In this document: piece after piece, positions 8,850 to 16,353 of the stretch
Layout: every line of letters starts with the position of its first letter
Numbering within the stretch: position 1 is the stretch's first letter
Origin: Chloroflexota bacterium
GTDB lineage: Bacteria; Chloroflexota; Anaerolineae; Anaerolineales; UBA11579
Reading direction: 5' to 3'
DNA length: 64,000 nt
NCBI GenBank assembly: GCA_016191875.1
Contig: JACPVG010000013.1
Location: 25,715-89,714 of the forward strand
Notes under the pieces: model-generated
What the model saw: only the letters and a program-made list of their open reading frames with translations
The model's database searches: none
What the model was told of the DNA's origin: nothing
Translations under genes and position numbers: made by a program

Positions 8850-10114
8850 CCCTTTTTGGCCTGCTTTTTGCGGGGTACGGATTTCTTTTTTGGCGGCGCG
8901 ACGGCGGGCGGCCCGGAGGGCAGGGCGGCCAGCGCCCCGGCGATCTCGGCTTCTTCGCCGCGCTGGTCGTCGAAGTACTGGTCCATGAAGGCCGAACGGC
9001 GCAGGCGCAGGGCCATGGGGGCCACCTGGCGGATGTCGTCGGGGGTGGCCTTGGAGCGGGCGTCGGCGGCGGCCAGGGCGCGGGCAGCCTCGAAGAGGGT
9101 GATCTCGGCGCGCAGCGAATCGATGCCCAGGCCGCGAATCAGATCCAGGCCGATTTTGGCGACCTCGTCCGGCAGGGTCACCTGCGGCAGGAGGGCGCGG
9201 GCGGCTTCGATCTCGTCGCGTGCCAGGATGGTCTCTTCGACGAACGCGGCGACAACCTGTTTTGGATTGGTGATGTAGGCGCGCGCCCGGCGGTAGGCTT
9301 CCAGGCGTTCGTCCTGGGCTTCCAGACCGCGCACCAGCAGGCGCAGGCCGAAGCGGTCCAGAATCTGGGGGCGCAGGCGGCCTTCTTCCGGATTCATGGT
9401 GCCGACCAGGGTGAAGCGCGAGCGGTAGGTGGCGGTGACGGCGCCGCGCCGCACGGTGAACGACCCCTGGGCGGCGGCGTCCAGGATGGCGTCGACGACC
9501 TCATCGCCCAGCAGGTTGACTTCGTCCACGTAGAGCAGGTTGCGGTCGGCGTGGGAGAGGATGCCGCGGCGGATGCGCATGCGGTTGTGCACGGCGGCGC
9601 GTTCATCCACGCTGCCGACGACGTCTTCGAGGCGGGCGTTGAGGGGTAGTTCCACCAGGCGCACCGGGCGCAGGCTGGAGAGCGGTTCGCCTTTGGCGTA
9701 TTTCTCGGCGCAGTTGGGGCAGAGGGCCTCGATGCCGCCGGTCTCGGCGTCTTCCTCGGTGCAGCCGTAGTGGCATTTGCTCTGGCGCACGGAGGGCAGC
9801 AGGTCGATGAGGCTGCGCACGGCGGTGGTCTTGCCGGTGCCGCGCGGGCCGATGAGCAGCACGCCGCCGATGGCCGGGTTGACGAGCGCCAGCAGCAGGC
9901 CGAGTTTCATCTCCATCTGGCCGACGAGGGCCAGAAAGGGATAGGGCCACTGCTCGGCGAGGCCGGAGTCGCCTTCGGCCGAGATGGGGCCGAGGTGGCG
10001 GCCGGTTACCCGGTCGATGAGGTCTTTGATGGAGCGGATGCCGGGGGGGATGCCTTCCGAGGCGCTGGGCGCGCCGGAGGGATCGCCGTCGGTGGGGGGG
10101 GATTCGTCGGTCAT
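8846..10114 (-). CDS. ChlI/BchI-like AAA+ ATPase (Mg-chelatase subunit I family) with a Cys4 insertion
   Basis: Walker A GPRGTGKT, Walker B LLYVDEVNLL and sensor region TLVGTMNPEEG..LDRF. The inserted segment is CHYGC...CPNC. No ChlD or ChlH partner is present in the window. Confidence 0.8.
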   Translation of the reverse strand: MTDESPPTDGDPSGAPSASEGIPPGIRSIKDLIDRVTGRHLGPISAEGDSGLAEQWPYPFLALVGQMEMKLGLLLALVNPAIGGVLLIGPRGTGKTTAVRSLIDLLPSVRQSKCHYGCTEEDAETGGIEALCPNCAEKYAKGEPLSSLRPVRLVELPLNARLEDVVGSVDERAAVHNRMRIRRGILSHADRNLLYVDEVNLLGDEVVDAILDAAAQGSFTVRRGAVTATYRSRFTLVGTMNPEEGRLRPQILDRFGLRLLVRGLEAQDERLEAYRRARAYITNPKQVVAAFVEETILARDEIEAARALLPQVTLPDEVAKIGLDLIRGLGIDSLRAEITLFEAARALAAADARSKATPDDIRQVAPMALRLRRSAFMDQYFDDQRGEEAEIAGALAALPSGPPAVAPPKKKSVPRKKQAKKG

Positions 10115-10612
10115 CTAGTTCTTGCCATTCTTTTCGGCCAGCCTGGCCTGCTTGAGGCGGTGCACCTGGCGGGCCTCGCCGGCGGTGAAGCGGTCTTTTT
10201 CTTCATCGCTCTCGGGGATGACAGGCGGGACGGGCGTGGGGTTGCCGTCATCGCCCAGGGCGACGTACACCAGGTAGGCCCTGTTGGTGTGCCAGCGCTG
10301 GCCAGTGCGCACGTTCTCGGCGTAGACGTTGACCTCGGCTTCCATGGAGGTGCGGCCGGTGTAGGAGACTTCGGCTTCCAGCATCACCAGGTCGCCGATG
10401 CGGATGGGGTGCTTGAAGGTCATCTGGTCGACGGCGACGGTGACGCAGCGGTGGTTGGAGTGGCGGATGCAGGCCAGGCCGCCGGCCTCGTCGACCAGTT
10501 TCATGATCCAGCCGCCGTGGATGTTGCCCATGGCGTTGGCCATCTCCGGCTGCATCATCTGGGAGAGGGTGACGTGCGAGGCTTTGCAGGTCTTGCGTTT
10601 TTGTTCATCCAT
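10115..10612 (-). CDS. Acyl-CoA thioesterase (hotdog fold, YciA-like)
   Basis: 165 aa: MQPEMANAMGNIHGGWIMKLVDEAGG...VAVDQMTFKHPIRIGD. It abuts the start codon of the downstream ATPase gene. Confidence 0.85.
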   Translation of the reverse strand: MDEQKRKTCKASHVTLSQMMQPEMANAMGNIHGGWIMKLVDEAGGLACIRHSNHRCVTVAVDQMTFKHPIRIGDLVMLEAEVSYTGRTSMEAEVNVYAENVRTGQRWHTNRAYLVYVALGDDGNPTPVPPVIPESDEEKDRFTAGEARQVHRLKQARLAEKNGKN

Positions 10613-10702
10613 ACCGTCAGATTCGTCCAGTGGTTGTGTGGTCAGGGGGTCTGGTGGTCGCCCAATGGCTGCTCAAACCCTGTGTACTTGCCTACCTGCC
10701 TA

Positions 10703-11083
10703 TCAATCCATATCCTCGCGGAACTCGCCGAAGTCGGCGGTGGGCATGAGTTCGGGGTATTCGTCCAGTACGTCGATGGTGTCGAAGGACAGTTCGGACA
10801 TCATGGGCGGCAGAGGGGCGCTGGGCGGGGCGAGCTGCTTGCGCGGGTAGCCGTTGGGGAAGGCCAGTTTGGGCCGGGCGAAGTCATAGGTGCGTTTGCG
10901 CAAAATGCGCGGGTCTTTGGTGAGCCAGCCGACGTATTCGCCATGCACAGAATACACCTCGCGCTCCGGCGTGACGAAGCCGATGGCCTCGCCCATCAGG
11001 TTGTGGATGATGGGATAGACCAGAAAGGCCTCGTAGTCGCCGCGGGTGGTGTAGATGGGTATCGGCTTGCGCGGGTCAGCCAT
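10703..11083 (-). CDS. Hypothetical small soluble protein, possibly beta-flower-like repeats
   Basis: 126 aa with a GGAGGAG SD and a TATAAT (minus strand) at 11102-11107. It has repeated G-x-x-(V/I)G-(F/W) strands (GEAIGFV, GEYVGWL) and an acidic tail. Confidence 0.6.
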   Translation of the reverse strand: MADPRKPIPIYTTRGDYEAFLVYPIIHNLMGEAIGFVTPEREVYSVHGEYVGWLTKDPRILRKRTYDFARPKLAFPNGYPRKQLAPPSAPLPPMMSELSFDTIDVLDEYPELMPTADFGEFREDMD

Positions 11084-11128
11084 GGCAACTCCTCCATGCT
11101 GATTATACCTAAAGGCAGCAGGAGAAGG

Positions 11129-12235
11129 TCAGCCGAGGGCCTCGAGCGCGCCGAGGGCCATGAGCGAGGCGATGGCGGCGACGAGCGCGCCCAGCCCCCA
11201 GCCGACCAGCACCCAGGCGGCCTGGCGGCCCAGGATGCCGGGTTCCAGGCGGCGGATGTGGCGCACGGCCAGGCCGCCGGCGAACAGGCCAACGAGGAAG
11301 ACCATCGCCAGCATGGCGAGCAGGAACACCAGCGCCAGCACGAAGATGGCGGCAATCGTCCCGCCGATGAGCTGGCCCATGCAGTCGCCAAAGCCGAGGC
11401 CCTCGCAGCCGCCGCCCCCGATGATGGAAGCGACATCCACGGAGAGGATGGCGAGCATGCCGGCCGCCAATGCGCCCACCGGCCCCACCAGCCCCCAGAT
11501 GCGAATCGAGGCGGACATGTGCTTCCAGCCGATGCCGGCGGCGAACTCGCGCAGGGCGAACATGGTGAAGAGCCCGGCCAGCAGGCCGCCCAGTGCGCCG
11601 CCCGCCCAGCCGCCCACCGGCAGGAGGGCGAGGTTCTGGACCTCGCTATCGCCGAAAAGGGCCGCCAGGATGGGGAACACCAGCCAGAAGAGCGCCCAAC
11701 CCAGCGACCAGGCGGCCGCCCAGCCGAACGATTTGCGGAAGACCGCGCCCCATGCGATGCCGACTTTGTCGGTAAGGATCTCGCGGCGGCGGGCGGCCAG
11801 TTGTTCGGGCGTCAGTTCCGGGGCGGCGGCCAGAGGCACAGCGAGCGCCACGAGGCCGCGCGCCAGGTCGGCGAAGTTGTCGGCGTAGCCGCCCTGGTTG
11901 AACCAGACGTATTGATGGCCGCCGACCTGGGCTTCGATGGCGGGCGGCAGGGCGGCCTTGCGGTAGAAGAGCGGGATGATGGGCCGCTGGCCGGACTTGG
12001 CAAGCGCCAGTTCCTGCTGGACGTAGGGGGATTTGACCGAATCCGGGGAGATGACGAGGATGAAGGCGGCGCAGGCGGCGACGGCATCCTCAAGGGCCTG
12101 TTTCCACTCCGCGCCGGGGTGGATATCGCCCTTATCGAGCCAGACGGCGAGGCCGCGCGCTTCCAGGTCGGCGGCCAGGCGTTTGACGAAGGCCAGATCT
12201 TTGCGGGAATAGGAAATGAAGACGCGCTCGGCCAT
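11129..12235 (-). CDS. TIR domain protein with a C-terminal multi-pass transmembrane region
   Basis: Start at ATG 12235, preceded by a GGAGGAGG SD. The track ORF begins 2 codons earlier at a TTG. The N-terminus reads RVFISYSRKD...AFILVISPDSVKSPYVQQELALA (TIR_2-like with the conserved Glu). The C-terminal ~230 aa is Gly/Ala/Trp-rich, with about 6-7 hydrophobic helices by eye. Confidence 0.8.
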   Translation of the reverse strand: MAERVFISYSRKDLAFVKRLAADLEARGLAVWLDKGDIHPGAEWKQALEDAVAACAAFILVISPDSVKSPYVQQELALAKSGQRPIIPLFYRKAALPPAIEAQVGGHQYVWFNQGGYADNFADLARGLVALAVPLAAAPELTPEQLAARRREILTDKVGIAWGAVFRKSFGWAAAWSLGWALFWLVFPILAALFGDSEVQNLALLPVGGWAGGALGGLLAGLFTMFALREFAAGIGWKHMSASIRIWGLVGPVGALAAGMLAILSVDVASIIGGGGCEGLGFGDCMGQLIGGTIAAIFVLALVFLLAMLAMVFLVGLFAGGLAVRHIRRLEPGILGRQAAWVLVGWGLGALVAAIASLMALGALEALG

Positions 12236-12492
12236 GCTCAACCTCCTCCGGGATGGTGATGGACGATTCTATTATAGCGATTTGGGGCGCGAGAGGGAGG
12301 GAAAGGCGCAAATGAGAAATGGCAGACCAGAGGATAGGTGGAACAAGACCCCGGCGGGGTATCTCTTCAGGCTACAACAGATCTGGCTATGTTCAAAGAT
12401 ACGAGATGCTGTCTTGCTGCACTTTTTCCCGCACTTGTAAATGCTCTGTAAAATCGCCGGCGCTCATAAGCAAATTATAGCCATGTCGGGGG

Positions 12493-12527
12493 ACAAATCA
12501 ACAATCCGCAATCAACAATCAGAAATC
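12493..12527. repeat. Degenerate heptanucleotide tandem repeat (NNNAATC x5)
   Basis: acaaatc aacaatc cgcaatc aacaatc agaaatc, located 27 nt downstream of the recF stop. Confidence 0.7.
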
Positions 12528-12553
12528 CTCTCGGCTAAAACCGCGACTCCAGA

Positions 12554-13756
12554 TTATGCTGCCTCCACCAGCCGGCCGTTGAGGATATCCCAGCGCCGGG
12601 CTTGGGCGACGAAGGCCGGGTCGAACAGGTTGAGGTCGGTGGTGGTCATGAGGGCCTGCTCCCAATCCGGCAGGCGCGCCAGCAGGTCGGCGCGGCGTTC
12701 GGGGTCCAGTTCGGCCAGCACCTCATCCAGCAGGAGGACGGGGGTGTGGCCGGTGCGCGCCCGAATCCAATCCACCTCGGCCATTTTGAGCGTCAGCAGG
12801 GTGGTGCGCACCTGGCCGCGCGAGCCGTAGACGCCCAGGTCGATGCCGTTGGCGAGGAAGCGCAGATCGTCGCGGTGCGGGCCGAGCGTGGTGCTGCCGC
12901 GCCAGATGTCCTCCTGGCGGTTGGCGGCCAGGGCGGCGCGAAAGCCGTCTTCCAGTTTGCCGGGCGTGAAACCCCGCCGGTCGGCGGGAGCGTCCAGCAG
13001 GGGGCGCTGGCCGTTCGGGGCGGGCAGGGGGTCCCAGGCCGGGCGGTAATCCAGGCGCAGGACTTCGAGCGTGCGGGTGAGGTCGTGGTGGATACGGGCC
13101 GCACTCTGCTCCAGTTCCTGGATGGCGGCGATGCGGGTGTGGATGATGTGGGCGCCGTGGCGGGCGAGGCGCTCATCCCAGAAATCCAGTTGGGCGCGGT
13201 CGCCGCCGTTCTCCTGCAACTGCTTGAGCAGGGCGTTGCGCTGGGCGACGACCTTGTTGTAGCCGGCCAGGTGGCCGGCATAGGCGGGTAGCACCTGCGA
13301 GACGGCCAGGTCCACGTAGCGGCGGCGGTCGCTGGGCGAACCTTCGACCACGCCCAGCATCTGGGGCAGGAACAGGACAGCGTTGAACTGGCCGAGGGCT
13401 TCGCCGACCTTCTTCTGCACTTTGTCAACGAGGGCCTGCTTGCGCGCCCGTTCGCGGCCCTGGCGGTCGCGCTCCTTGATGATGCGCACTTCGAGCGTGT
13501 GGCTGCGGCCGCCGCGTTCGAACTCGGCCTGGATGCGGGCCACGGCGGTGGGCTGGCGGGCCTCGATGAAGTTGATCAGTTCGCGTTCGCTGGAGGCGTG
13601 GAAGGAGGTGAAGGCCGCCAGCAGGTAGACGGCCTCCAGAATGCTGGTCTTGCCCTGGGCGTTGGGCCCGACGATGAGCGTGCTGCCGGGCGGCACATCC
13701 ACATCCAGGCGGCTGAAGTTGCGGAAGTTGTGCAGGGAGAGGTGAGTGAGGCGCAT
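12554..13756 (-). CDS. recF: DNA replication and repair protein RecF
   Basis: Start chosen at ATG 13756 (MRLTHLSLHNFRNF). Walker A is GPNAQGKTSILEA and the signature/Walker B region is LLLDEVLAELD. Confidence 0.9.
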   Translation of the reverse strand: MRLTHLSLHNFRNFSRLDVDVPPGSTLIVGPNAQGKTSILEAVYLLAAFTSFHASSERELINFIEARQPTAVARIQAEFERGGRSHTLEVRIIKERDRQGRERARKQALVDKVQKKVGEALGQFNAVLFLPQMLGVVEGSPSDRRRYVDLAVSQVLPAYAGHLAGYNKVVAQRNALLKQLQENGGDRAQLDFWDERLARHGAHIIHTRIAAIQELEQSAARIHHDLTRTLEVLRLDYRPAWDPLPAPNGQRPLLDAPADRRGFTPGKLEDGFRAALAANRQEDIWRGSTTLGPHRDDLRFLANGIDLGVYGSRGQVRTTLLTLKMAEVDWIRARTGHTPVLLLDEVLAELDPERRADLLARLPDWEQALMTTTDLNLFDPAFVAQARRWDILNGRLVEAA

Positions 13757-13764
13757 CGGAGGAG

Positions 13765-13799
13765 GGGTAATTGGTAACTGGTACGTGGTGATTGGTTGC
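13765..13799. repeat. Degenerate heptanucleotide tandem repeat (TGGTNNN x5)
   Basis: GGT recurs at 13766, 13773, 13780, 13787 and 13794 (period 7), directly upstream of the recF start. Confidence 0.7.
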
Positions 13800-13850
13800 A
13801 AGAGAAGCGTGGTGCATGATAGATGTGCGGAGGTGCTGGAGTACTGTCTG

Positions 13851-14384
13851 CTACATCTCGTCCGCTTCTTCGGCGGCTTCTGCGCCTTCCTCCGCTTCCA
13901 GGTCTTCGAGGCGGTAGACCTGGTCGGTGCGGTCGGTCATCAGGATGCCGTTGACGTGGTCGACCTCGTGCTGGAAGATGCGCGCCAGCCAGCCTTTGGC
14001 TTTGATCTTGACCGGCTGGCCGCGCCGGTTGAAGGCTTTCACGGTCACGCTCTCGTGGCGGTCGACCTCGGCGACGAAGCCGGGGATGGACAGGCAGCCT
14101 TCGATGCCGGTCACCAGTTCGGCCGAGGGCCGGATGATCTCCGGGTTGGCGAGGGTGTAGAGCCGCTTGCGCACTTCTTCGTCGTCTTCGTCGCCGAACT
14201 CGACGACGATCAGGCGCAGGGGGACGTCGATCTGTGGGGCGGCCAGCCCCACGCCGGGCGCGTCGCGCATGGTCTCGACTATGTCATCCACGAGCGCCTG
14301 GAACCCGGCGTCGAAGGACGTCACCGGGCGGGCTTTGCGGGTGAGCGTGGCGTGCGGAACGGTGATGATGGTGCGGACGGCCAT
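13851..14384 (-). CDS. def: Peptide deformylase
   Basis: GVGLAAPQI, EGCLSIPG and QHEVDHVNG motifs. Confidence 0.95.
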   Translation of the reverse strand: MAVRTIITVPHATLTRKARPVTSFDAGFQALVDDIVETMRDAPGVGLAAPQIDVPLRLIVVEFGDEDDEEVRKRLYTLANPEIIRPSAELVTGIEGCLSIPGFVAEVDRHESVTVKAFNRRGQPVKIKAKGWLARIFQHEVDHVNGILMTDRTDQVYRLEDLEAEEGAEAAEEADEM

Positions 14385-14400
14385 GGCGCGGGAATTATAG

Positions 14401-14435
14401 CAGGGAGCAGGGAGCAGGCAGTAGGTGGGCAGTGA
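14401..14435. repeat. Degenerate heptanucleotide tandem repeat (CAGGGAG-type x5)
   Basis: cagggag cagggag caggcag taggtgg gcagtga. Confidence 0.65.
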
Positions 14436-14445
14436 AAAGCGGCGG

Positions 14446-16119
14446 TCACTCGCCTTCGGGCTTATCCTCCGGAGGGCGGGCGCTTTCGGTCACATCGTGG
14501 TAGATCTTGAACCACTCTGCCAGGCGCTGGCGCTCGCGCTCGTTCTCGCCCTCCTCAGCCTCGAACTTCAACTGCTCCTGGCGGTAGAAGATATCCTGCT
14601 GGATGGTGGCCGGGTCGTGGACATCCAGAAATGTCAGGGAGGTGTCGGCGACCACCACCGTGACGGTGCCGAAGTTAAGGATAAGGCGCAGCAGCCCTTT
14701 GCGGGCGTGGGTGATGCTCTGGATGTTGCGGATGGGGGCGGTCTTGGTGATCTCCTGGCCGAGCGGCTTCTTCTCGCTGTCGATGATCTGGTCCTTGGTG
14801 ATGCGGTAGAGGTCGTTGCGCCAGTCCAGGTAGGCGTAGAGAATCATGCCGAGCGGGACGATGCCGAGCAGGATGCCGAACAGGATGGCGCTGCCGATGC
14901 CGGGGTAGACCGGTTCCGGCGAGGCGAAATCGCGCCAGATGAAGAAGGCCGCCGCGCCCACTACGCCCAGGAGGAGGAACAGGGGAATCCAGATGCGCAT
15001 GAGCAGCACCCAGGGATGCTTGTGATAGGTGATGGTGTTGCCTTCGACTTCGCGGGTGCGCACCAGCCGGAAGGGACGCAGGGGCTTTTCATCCGGCGAC
15101 ATGGGCTGGATGGGCGGCACGAACACCTCGTCCGGGTCGGCCAGGCCGAGGCTCTGGCGGATGGCGATGCGCATGGCATCCGTGCGGGCCTCTTCGGTCT
15201 TGGAGCGCACCCGCAGGAGGAGTTCTTCGATGTTGCCCTGGAACAGGCGCGGCTGGCTGACGTTGGTGAGCGTGAGGCTGCCGGTGCCGGTGAAGGTGCG
15301 CACATTCACCTGGCCGAAATCGAGCAGGCGGCCGAGGAAAGAACGGTCGACGTTGACGGACTGGATGGCGGAGAGGGGGGCCTCCCGGCGGCTGTCGCTC
15401 TGGAGGAGGACGCGCTCCAGCCAGATGACGCGCCGGTTGGTGATCATGAAGAAGTCGTTGCGCCAGTCGATGGCTTCCCAGAGGAACCACAACACGCCCG
15501 CGGCCAGGCCAGCGCCGCCCAGGATGGCCGAAATGAGGGTGAGGCCGGGGATGGTCAGGCCAAAAAGCACCAACCCGGAAGCGGCCAGGAGCAGGGAAGG
15601 CCAGGCGAGGTCCTGGGCCAGTTCCATCCAGTGGCGGCGGGTGATGAGGTGGATGACTTCGCCGTCCTGGACCCAATCGAAGCGCTCGCGGCGGGCAATG
15701 CGGTGCGATTCGGCGATGGCGGTGAGGTTTTCCTTGCTGTGCGGGTAGGTGCGCAGCAGCCATTCCAGGTTCTCCTGTTCCAGAGTCAGGAAGATGCTGT
15801 CTTTGAGGGTAGTGACGTTGGCGGAGCGCGGCCGGTTGAAGAGCGGAGCTTCTTCGCCGAACTTGTCGCCGCGCTCCAGGATGGCGAGTTCGATCTCGCG
15901 GTCGCCTTCGCGCCGCCAGATGCGCACCTGCCCGGCCCAGATGATGTAGAAGGTTTCGCCGGGTGCGCCTTCTTTGAACAGGTCCTGGCCGGCGTGCAGT
16001 TTGTGCTCGCCCAGCCGCCCGGCGACCTGCCTGAGGTCCTCTTCTTCAAAGCCCTCGAACAGGGTGCGTTGGCGCAGGAAGCGCAGCAGGTCTTCTTCGG
16101 GGATCGATTCAACCGGCAT
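14446..16119 (-). CDS. Cyclic-nucleotide-binding domain protein with two membrane-anchored bacterial PH (YdbT/bPH_2-like) modules
   Basis: The N-terminus is cNMP-binding (FKEGAPGETFYIIWAGQVRI...GDKFGEEA...RSANVTT). Two TM-hairpin + PH modules follow (WRNDFFMITNRRVIW and WRNDLYRITKDQII). Confidence 0.8.
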   Translation of the reverse strand: MPVESIPEEDLLRFLRQRTLFEGFEEEDLRQVAGRLGEHKLHAGQDLFKEGAPGETFYIIWAGQVRIWRREGDREIELAILERGDKFGEEAPLFNRPRSANVTTLKDSIFLTLEQENLEWLLRTYPHSKENLTAIAESHRIARRERFDWVQDGEVIHLITRRHWMELAQDLAWPSLLLAASGLVLFGLTIPGLTLISAILGGAGLAAGVLWFLWEAIDWRNDFFMITNRRVIWLERVLLQSDSRREAPLSAIQSVNVDRSFLGRLLDFGQVNVRTFTGTGSLTLTNVSQPRLFQGNIEELLLRVRSKTEEARTDAMRIAIRQSLGLADPDEVFVPPIQPMSPDEKPLRPFRLVRTREVEGNTITYHKHPWVLLMRIWIPLFLLLGVVGAAAFFIWRDFASPEPVYPGIGSAILFGILLGIVPLGMILYAYLDWRNDLYRITKDQIIDSEKKPLGQEITKTAPIRNIQSITHARKGLLRLILNFGTVTVVVADTSLTFLDVHDPATIQQDIFYRQEQLKFEAEEGENERERQRLAEWFKIYHDVTESARPPEDKPEGE

Positions 16120-16131
16120 GCCGCGATTCTA
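16120..16131 (-). promoter_or_regulatory. -10 box implying a leaderless transcript for the cNMP/bPH gene
   Basis: The minus-strand TAGAAT is the complement of 16126-16131. Exactly 6 nt separate it from ATG 16119, and there is no SD. Confidence 0.45.
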
Positions 16132-16181
16132 GCATGGGAGGGCAAGCGGGGCAGGGAAAATGAAGTGCGGTAATTTTTTTG

Positions 16182-16256
16182 GGGTAAATGGCAATTGGTA
16201 GATGGTAACGAAAGGCGTGGGGAAGTGCTGAGGTGCTGAAGTCCTGAAGTCTCGGA
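16182..16256. repeat. Heptamer tract (GG[T/C] at 16183, 16190, 16197, 16204) followed by an octamer tract (GTGCTGAG GTGCTGAA GTCCTGAA GTCTCGGA)
   Basis: Read directly: period 7 at 16182-16209 and period 8 at 16225-16256. Confidence 0.65.
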
Positions 16257-16353
16257 GGTCGCCCCTTGCCGCTATCTGCTCCTCGCTGTCCACTGTCTAC
16301 TGCTCTTCGCGGCGTGATAGAATCGCCCGACTCAAATCGCAGGAGCATCCACA

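Noticed and set aside
8846-10114. ChlI/BchI homologue as evidence for (bacterio)chlorophyll biosynthesis.
   Set aside because: No D or H chelatase subunits or other pigment genes are nearby, and the protein carries a non-canonical Cys4 insertion. It was called only as a ChlI-like AAA+ ATPase.
12493-16256. Short tandem repeats considered as a possible CRISPR array or minisatellite.
   Set aside because: The units are only 7-8 nt, contiguous with no spacers, and differ between tracts. There are no 25-40-nt direct repeats separated by unique spacers and no cas genes.
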